Source: Eledone cirrhosa
Lineage: Eukaryota
DNA: 64,000 nt
Assembly: GCA_964016885.1 (NCBI GenBank)
Contig: OZ024741.1
Coordinates: forward strand, 67,580,001-67,644,000
Direction: 5' to 3'
A program made the position numbers and the translations under genes. Position 1 is the stretch's first letter; each line of letters starts with the position of its first letter. This document shows positions 54,780 through 64,000 of the stretch, one piece after another. Under the pieces are notes generated by a model, which made no database searches, was not told where the DNA came from, and worked only from the letters and a program-made list of their open reading frames with translations.

Positions 54780-56775
54780 TTCTTTTACCTCTCCCCTTAT
54801 TCCTTCTTTTACCTCTCCGCTCATTCCTTCTTTTACCTCTCCGCTCATTCCATCTTTTACCTCTCCGCTCATTCCATCTTTTACCTCTCCCCTCATTCCA
54901 TCTTTTACCTCTCCGCTCATTCCATCTTTTACCTCTCCGCTCATTCCTTCTTTTACCTCTCCCCTCATTCCTTCTTTTACCTCTCCGCTCATTCCATCTT
55001 TTACCTCTCCCCTCATTCCTTCTTTTACCTCTCCCCTCATTCCTTCTTTTACCTCTCCGCTCATTCCATCTTTTACCTCTCCCCTCATTCCATCTTTTAC
55101 CTCTCCGCTCATTCCTTCTTTTACCTCTCCCCTCATTCCTTCTTTTACCTCTCCGCTCATTCCTTCTTTTACCTCTCCGCTCATTCCATCTTTTACCTCT
55201 CCGCTCATTCCATCTTTTACCTCTCCCCTCATTCCATCTTTTACCTCTCCGCTCATTCCATCTTTTACCTCTCCGCTCATTCCTTCTTTTACCTCTCCCC
55301 TCATTCCTTCTTTTACCTCTCCGCTCATTCCATCTTTTACCTCTCCCCTCATTCCTTCTTTTACCTCTCCCCTCATTCCTTCTTTTACCTCTCCGCTCAT
55401 TACATCTTTTACCTCTCCCCTCATTCCATCTTTTACCTCTCCGCTCATTCCTTCTTTTACCTCTCCCCTCATTCCTTCTTTTACCTCTCCGCTTATTCCT
55501 TCTTTTACCTCTCCGCTCATTCCTTCTTTTACCTCTCCCCTCATTCCTTCTTTTACCTCTCCGCTCATTCCATCTTTTACCTCTCCGCTCATTCCATCTT
55601 TTACCTCTCCGCTCATTCCATCTTTTACCTATCCGCTCATTCCTTCTTTTACCTCTCCGCTCATTCCTTCTTTTACCTCTCCGCTCATTCCATCTTTTAC
55701 CTCTCCGCTCATTCCTTCTTTTACCTCTCCGCTCATTCCTTCTTTTACCTCTCCGCTCATTCCTTCTTTTACCTCTCCGCTCATTCCATCTTTTACCTCT
55801 CCCCTCATTCCTTCTTTTACCTCTCCGCTCATTCCATCTTTTACCTCTCCACTCATTCCTTCTTTTACCTCTCCACTCATTCCTTCTTTTACCTCTCCGC
55901 TCATTCCTTCTTTTACCTCTCCGCTCATTCCTTCTTTTACCTCTCCGCTCATTCCTTCTTTTACCTCTCCGCTCATTCCTTCTTTTACCTCTCCACTCAT
56001 TCCATCTTTTACCTCTCCGCTCATTCCTTCTTTTACCTCTCCGCTCATTCCTTCTTTTACCTCTCCGCTCATTCCTTCTTTTACCTCTCCACTCATTCCA
56101 TCTTTTACCTCTCCGCTCATTCCTTCTTTTACCTCTCCACTCATTCCATCTTTTACCTCTCCGCTTATTCCTTCTTTTACCTCTCCACTCATTCCATCTT
56201 TTACCTCTCCGCTTATACCTTCTTTTACCTCTCCACTCATTCCATCTTTTACCTCTCCCCTCATTCCTTCTTTTACCTCTCCGTTCATTCCTTCTTTTAC
56301 CTCTCCGCTCATTCCTTCTTTTACCTCTCCGCTCATTCCATCTTTTACCTCTCCGTTCATTCCTTCTTTTACCTCTCCGCTCATTCCATCTTTTACCTCT
56401 CCGCTCATTCCTTCTTTTACCTCTCCACTCATTCCATCTTTTACCTCTCCGCTCATTCCTTCTTTTACCTCTCCGCTCATTCCTTCTTTTACCTCTCCGC
56501 TCATTCCATCTTTTACCTCTCCGCTCATTCCTTCTTTTACCTCTCCACTCATTCCATCTTTTACCTCTCCGCTCATTCCTTCTTTTACCTCTCCACTCAT
56601 TCCATCTTTTACCTCTCCGCTCATTCCTTCTTTTACCTCTCCACTCATTCCATCTTTTACCTCTCCGCTCATTCCTTCTTTTACCTCTCCGCTTATTCCT
56701 TCTTTTACCTCTCCACTCATTCCATCTTTTACCTCTCCGCTCATTCCTTCTTTTACCTCTCCGCTCATTCCTTCA
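54780..56775. repeat. 24-bp minisatellite (TTTTACCTCTCCGCTCATTCCWTC)n, about 83 units
   Basis: Strict 24-bp period with no visible indels. Confidence 0.97.
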
Positions 56776-57191
56776 CTTCTTATTTCATTCTTCAGACAAC
56801 CCCCTCTCTCACAATAACTCTCTGTTATATACCTTTACTCTAAGACTTCTCTTGCGGTTTTCAAACTATCCAATCTCTTTCTTTGTCTCTCTCGTTTTAC
56901 CCTCTTTCTTCCTTCTCCAATTATTACACCTATTCTAGCATCGATTCTCTTCTAATACTTTTCTCCATTTCATTATTTGTAGCGTTCTCTTTCTCTAACT
57001 CTCTTCATTATTACATCTTCTCTCTCACAGTTTACATCCTATTCGTTCTTCCTCACATCATTTGCACTTAACACTCCCGCATTACTTCCCTTCTTCAAGC
57101 TTCTTATTCTCTCTTACACTCTCTTCTCATCGTGTCTCACTGTGTCTCTCTAAAGCCTTTCATTCTAATACACATATTTCATCCGATCCGT

Positions 57192-57288
<97 letters not shown>

Positions 57289-57679
57289 TTCTCTCTCTCT
57301 CTCTCTGTCTCCTCCTCCTCTCCCTCGTATTTCACCTCTTCCAGATTCTCTCCTCCTCTTACTCTCTCCCCCGCAACCCGCCTTGTCTTATATATTATTA
57401 TGCCTCTCTTGATAAATCTCTCTCACACTGCTTCACTCTTTCATAATTTCTACTACTTTCCTTCAATCAATTTCTTCTGTCTTATTAGCCGCTCCCACCC
57501 CACTTCTCTCTCGTAACTCTCCTTCCTTTATAATTTCTTCTCACGAATCTACTACCAACTTTTCTTTCCTTCACTTCCTATCATTAATCCTTCTCTTCAG
57601 AATCCTGAGGATCTTCTATCGTAATCTGCCTCCGTCAGATTTTGCTCGTCTCATTTTTACATTAAGGTTTATCCCTGTC

Positions 57680-60600
57680 TCTCTCTTTGATCAGCTCAGT
57701 CTTCACATCCATCTCCTTCTCTCTTTTGTCATCTCACAGTCTTCACATCCATATCCTTCTCTCTTTGGTCACCTCACAGTGTTCACATCCCTCCCCTTCT
57801 CTCTTTGGTCACCTCACAGTCGCCACATCCATCTCATTCTCTCTTTGGTCATCTCACAGTCTTCACATACTTCTCCTTCTCTCTTTGGTCATCTCACAGT
57901 CTTCTCATCCATCTCCTTCTCTCTTTGGTCATCTCACAGTCTTCACATCCATCTCCTTCTCTCTTTGGTCATCTCACAGTCTTCTCATCCAACTCGTTCT
58001 CTCTTTGGTCATCTCACAGTCTTCTCATCCATCTCCTTCTCTCTTTGGTCATCTCACAGTCTTCTCATCCATCTCCTTCTCTCTTTGGTCATCTCACAGT
58101 CTTCTCATCCATCTCCTTCTCTCTTTGGTCATATCACAGTCTTCTCATCCATTCCTTCTCTCTTTGGTCATCTCACAGTCTTCTCATCCATTTCCTTCTC
58201 ACTTTGGTCATCTCACAGTCTTCTCATCCATCTCTTTCTCTCTTTGGTCATCTCACAGTCTTCTCATCCATTCCTTCCATCTTTGGTCATCTCACAGTCT
58301 TCTCATCCATCTCCTTCTCTCTTTGGTCATCTCACAGCCTTCTCATCCATTCCTTCTCTCTTTGGTCATCTCACAGTCTTCTCATCCATCTCCTTCTCTC
58401 TTTGGTCATCTCACAGTCTTCTCATCCATCTCCTTCTCTCTTTGGTTATCTCACAGTCTTCTCATCCATCTCGTTCTCTCTTTGGTCATCTCACAGTCTT
58501 CTCATCCATCTCCTTCTCTCTTTGGTCATCTCACAGTCTTCTCATCCATCTCCTTCTCTCTTTGGTCATCTCACAGTCTTCACATCCATCTCCTTCTCGC
58601 TTTGGTCATCTCACGGTCTTCACATCCATCTCCTTCTCTCTTTGATCATCTCACAGTCTTCTCATACATCGCCTTCTCTCTTTGGTCATCTCACAGTCTT
58701 CTCATCCATCTCCTTCTCTCTTTGGTCATCTCACAGTCTTCACAGCCATCTCCTTTTCTCTTTAGTCATATCACGGTCTTCACATCCCTCCCCTTCTCTC
58801 TTTGGTCATCTCACAGTCTTCTCATCCATCTCCTTCTCGCTTTGGTCATCTCACAGTCTTCTCATCCATCTCCTTCTCTCTTTGGTCATCTCACAGTCTT
58901 CTCATCCATCTCCTTCTCTCTTTGGTCATCTCACAGTCTTCACATCCATCTCCTTCTCTCTTTGGTCATCTCAGAGTGTTCACATCCATCTCCTTCACTC
59001 TTTGGTCATCTCACAGTCTTCTCATCCAACTAGTTCTCTCTTTGGTCATCTCACAGTCTTCTCATCCATCTCCTTCTCTCTTTGGTCATCTCACAGTCTT
59101 CTCATCCATCTCCTTCTCTCTTTGGTCATCTCACAGTCTTCTCATCCATCTCCTTCTCTCTTTGGTCATCTCACAGTCTTCTCATCCATTCCTTCTCTCT
59201 TTGGTCATCTCACAGTCTTCTCATCCATTTCCTTCTCACTTTGGTCATCTCACAGTCTTCTCATCCATCTCTTTCTCTCTTTGGTCATCTCACAGTCTTC
59301 TCATCCATTCCTTCTCTCTTTAGTCATCTCACAGTCTTCTCATCCATCTCATTCTATCTTTGGTCATCTCACAGTCTTCACATCCATCTCCTTCTCTCTT
59401 TGGTCATCTCACAGTCTTCACATCCTTTCCCCTTCTCTCTTTGGTCATCTCACAGTTTTCTCATCCATATCCTTCTCTCTTTGGTCATCTCACAGTCTTC
59501 ACATCCATCTCTTTCTCTCTTTTGTCATCTCACAGTTTTCTCATCCATTTCCTTCTCTCTTTGGTCATCTCACAGTCTTCTCATCTATCTCCTTCTCTCT
59601 TTGGTCATCTCACAGTCTTCTCATCCATCTCCTTCTCTCTTTGGTCATCTCACAGTCTTCTCATCCATCTCCTTCTCTCTTTGGTCATCTCACAGTCTTC
59701 TCAACTATCTCCTTCTCTCTTTGGTCATCTGACAGTCTTCTCATCCCTCCCCTTCTCTCTTTGGTCATCTCACAGTCTTCTCATCCATTTCCTTCTCACT
59801 TTGGTCATCTCACAGTCTTCTCATCCATTCCTTCTCTCTTTGGTCATCTCACTGTCTTCTCATCCATTTCCTTCTTACTTTGGTCATCTCACAGTCTTCT
59901 CATCCATCTCCTTCTCTCCTTGGTCATCTCACAGTCTTCTCATCCAACTACTTCTCTCTTTGGTCATCTCACAGTCTTCACATCCATCTCCTTCTCTCTT
60001 TGCTCACCTCACAGTCTTCACATCCATCTCCTTCTCTCTTTGGTAATCTCACAGTCTTCTCATCCATCTCCTTCTTTCTTTGGTCATCTCACAGTCTTCA
60101 CATCCATCTCCTTCTCTCTTTGGTCATTTACAGTCTTCTCATCCCTCCCCTTCTCTCTTTGGTCATCTCACAGTCTTCTCATCCATATCCTTCTCTCTTT
60201 GGTCATCTCACAGTCTTCACATCATTTCCCCTTCTCTCTTTGATCATCTCACAATCTTCTCATCCATCTCCTTCTCTCTTTGGTCATCTCACAGTCTTCT
60301 CACCCATATCCTTCTCTCTTTGGTCATCTCACAGTCTTCACATCCTTCTCCTTCTCTCTTTGTTCATCTCACAGTCTTCTTATACACCTCCTACTCTCTC
60401 TGGTCATCTCACAGTCTTCACATCCTTTCCCCTTCTCTCGTTGGTCATCTCACAGTGTTCTCATCCATCTCCTTCTCTCTTTGGTCATCTCACAATCTTC
60501 ACATCCATCTCCTTCTCTCTTTGGTCATCTCACAGTGTTCACATCCATTCCTTCTCTCTTTGGTCATCTCACAGTGTTCTCATCCATCTCCTTCTCTCTT

Positions 60601-63600
60601 TGGTCATCTCACAGTCTTCTCATCCCTCCCCTTCTCTCTTTGGTCATCTCAGTCTTCTCATCCATCTCCTTCTCTCTTTGATCATCTCACAGTCTTCTCA
60701 TCCATCGCCTTCTCTCTTTGGTCATCTCACAATTTTCACATCCATCTCCTTCTCTCTTTGGTCATCTCACAGTCTTCTCATCCATCGCCTTCTCTCTTTG
60801 GTCATCTCACAATCTTCACATCCATCTCCTTCTCTCTTTGGTCATCTCACAGTGTTCACATCCATCTCCTTCTCTCTTTGGTCATCTCACAGTCTTCTCA
60901 TCCATTCCTTCTCTCTTTGGGCATCTCACAGCCTTCTCATCCATTCCTTCTCTCTTTGATCATCTCACAGTCTTCTCATCCATCTCCTTCTCTCTTTGGT
61001 CATCTCACAGTCTTCTCATCCATTCCTTCTCTCTTTGGTCATCTCACTGTCTTCTCATCCATTTCCTTCTTACTTTGGTCATCTCACAGTCTTCTCATCC
61101 ATCTCCTTCTCTCCTTGGTCATCTCACAGTCTTCTCATCCAACTCCTTCTCTCTTTGGTCATCTCACAGTCTTCACATCCATCTCCTTCTCTCTTTGGTA
61201 ATCTCACAGTCTTCTCATCCATCTCCTTCTTTCTTTGGTCATCTCACAGTCTTCACATCCATCTCCTTCTCTCTTTGGTCATCTCACAGTCTTCTCATCC
61301 CTCCCCTTCTCTCTTTGGTCATCTCACAGTCTTCTCATCCATATCCTTCTCTCTTTGGTCATCTCACAGTCTTCACATCATTTCCCCCTCTCTCTTTGAT
61401 CATCTCACAATCTTCTCATCCATCTCCTTCTCTCTTTGGTCATCTCACAGTCTTCTCACCCATATCCTTCTCTCTTTGGTCATCTCACAGTCTTCACATC
61501 CTTCTCCTTCTCTCTTTGTTCATCTCACAGTCTTCTTATACACCTCCTACTCTCTCTGGTCATCTCACAGTCTTCACATCCTTTCCCCTTCTCTCGTTGG
61601 TCATCTCACAGTGTTCTCATCCATCTCCTTCTCTCTTTGGTCATCTCACAATCTTCACATCCATCGCCTTCTCTCTTTGGTCATCTCACAATTTTCACAT
61701 CCATCTCCTTCTCTCTTTGGTCATCTCACAGTCTTCTCATCCATCGCCTTCTCTCTTTGGTCATCTCACAATCTTCACATCCATCTCCTTCTCTCTTTGG
61801 TCATCTCACAGTGTTCACATCCATCTCCTTCTCTCTTTGTTCATCTCACAGTCTTCTCATCCATTCCTTCTCTCTTTGGTCATCTCACAGTCTTCTCATC
61901 CATCTCCTTCTCTCTTTGGTCATCTCACAGTCTTCACATCCATCTCCTTTTCTCTTTAGTCATATCACGGTCTTCACATCCCTCCCCTTCTCTCTTTGGT
62001 CATCTCACAGTCTTCTCATCCATCTCCTTCTCGCTTTGGTCATCTCACAGTCTTCTCATCCATCTCCTTCTCTCTTTGGTCATCTCACAGTCTTCTCATC
62101 CATCTCCTTCTCTCTTTGGTCATCTCACAGTCTTCACATCCATCTCCTTCTCTCTTTGGTCATCTCAGAGTGTTCACATCCATCTCCTTCACTCTTTGGT
62201 CATCTCACAGTCTTCTCATCCAACTAGTTCTCTCTTTGGTCATCTCACAGTCTTCTCATCCATCTCCTTCTCTCTTTGGTCATCTCACAGTCTTCTCATC
62301 CATCTCCTTCTCTCTTTGGTCATCTCACAGTCTTCTCATCCATCTCCTTCTCTCTTTGGTCATCTCACAGTCTTCTCATCCATTCCTTCTCTCTTTGGTC
62401 ATCTCACAGTCTTCTCATCCATTTCCTTCTCACTTTGGTCATCTCACAGTCTTCTCATCCATCTCTTTCTCTCTTTGGTCATCTCACAGTCTTCTCATCC
62501 ATTCCTTCTCTCTTTGGTCATCTCACAGTCTTCTCATCCATCTCATTCTATCTTTGGTCATCTCACAGTCTTCACATCCATCTCCTTCTCTCTTTGGTCA
62601 TCTCACAGTCTTCACATCCATCTCCTTCTCTCTTTGGTCATCTCACAGTCTTCACATCCTTTCCCCTTCTCTCTTTGGTCATCTCACAGTTTTCTCATCC
62701 ATATCCTTCTCTCTTTGGTCATCTCACAGTCTTCACATCCATCTCTTTCTCTCTTTTGTCATCTCACAGTTTTCTCATCCATTTCCTTCTCTCTTTGGTC
62801 ATCTCACAGTCTTCTCATCTATCTCCTTCTCTCTTTGGTCATCTCACAGTCTTCTCATCCATCTCCTTCTCTCTTTGGTCATCTCACAGTCTTCTCATCC
62901 ATCTCCTTCTCTCTTTGGTCATCTCACAGTCTTCTCAACTATCTCCTTCTCTCTTTGGTCATCTGACAGTCTTCTCATCCCTCCCCTTCTCTCTTTGGTC
63001 ATCTCACAGTCTTCTCATCCATTTCCTTCTCACTTTGGTCATCTCACAGTCTTCTCATCCATTCCTTCTCTCTTTGGTCATCTCACTGTCTTCTCATCCA
63101 TTTCCTTCTTACTTTGGTCATCTCACAGTCTTCTCATCCATCTCCTTCTCTCCTTGGTCATCTCACAGTCTTCTCATCCAACTACTTCTCTCTTTGGTCA
63201 TCTCACAGTCTTCACATCCATCTCCTTCTCTCTTTGCTCACCTCACAGTCTTCACATCCATCTCCTTCTCTCTTTGGTAATCTCACAGTCTTCTCATCCA
63301 TCTCCTTCTTTCTTTGGTCATCTCACAGTCTTCACATCCATCTCCTTCTCTCTTTGGTCATTTACAGTCTTCTCATCCCTCCCCTTCTCTCTTTGGTCAT
63401 CTCACAGTCTTCTCATCCATATCCTTCTCTCTTTGGTCATCTCACAGTCTTCACATCATTTCCCCTTCTCTCTTTGATCATCTCACAATCTTCTCATCCA
63501 TCTCCTTCTCTCTTTGGTCATCTCACAGTCTTCTCACCCATATCCTTCTCTCTTTGGTCATCTCACAGTCTTCACATCCTTCTCCTTCTCTCTTTGTTCA

Positions 63601-64000
63601 TCTCACAGTCTTCTTATACACCTCCTACTCTCTCTGGTCATCTCACAGTCTTCACATCCTTTCCCCTTCTCTCGTTGGTCATCTCACAGTGTTCTCATCC
63701 ATCTCCTTCTCTCTTTGGTCATCTCACAATCTTCACATCCATCTCCTTCTCTCTTTGGTCATCTCACAGTGTTCACATCCATTCCTTCTCTCTTTGGTCA
63801 TCTCACAGTGTTCTCATCCATCTCCTTCTCTCTTTGGTCATCTCACAGTCTTCTCATCCCTCCCCTTCTCTCTTTGGTCATCTCAGTCTTCTCATCCATC
63901 TCCTTCTCTCTTTGATCATCTCACAGTCTTCTCATCCATCGCCTTCTCTCTTTGGTCATCTCACAATTTTCACATCCATCTCCTTCTCTCTTTGGTCATC
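57680..64000. repeat. 40-bp satellite (CTCTTTGGTCATCTCACAGTCTTCTCATCCATCTCCTTCT)n running off the window
   Basis: 39-41-bp units with higher-order duplications. Confidence 0.97.

Noticed and set aside
54654-63915. Very long ORFs (up to 812 aa)
   Set aside because: These are translations of stop-poor satellite units, open in several frames at once.

Overview
AT-rich, microsatellite-dense animal DNA, probably an octopod cephalopod: two tRNA-headed SINE families resemble the Octopus SINEs, though this is inference. No confident host gene; most listed ORFs are repeat artefacts. Coding remnants are all transposon-derived: Penelope-like elements (RT, GIY-YIG), a fairly intact 5'-truncated Tx1/L1-clade LINE, CR1-, CRE-, R4- and RTE-like fragments, an hATm-like element and a Transib/RAG1-like fragment. 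There is also a head-to-tail Helitron dimer, and 24-bp and 40-bp satellites at the right end. The main hidden signal is RNA structure. By eye I find about 17 Type I hammerhead ribozyme motifs (CUGANGA...GAAA...UH), plus split or decayed ones, in about 8 unrelated repeat families, with palindromic or near-palindromic stem III. The clearest is a non-coding array of ~5.3 apparently identical 483-bp units (21272-23818) with one hammerhead per unit, i.e. a retrozyme-like element. Many of these elements are fold-backs whose two arms both end, 3' end outward, in (TA)n tracts.
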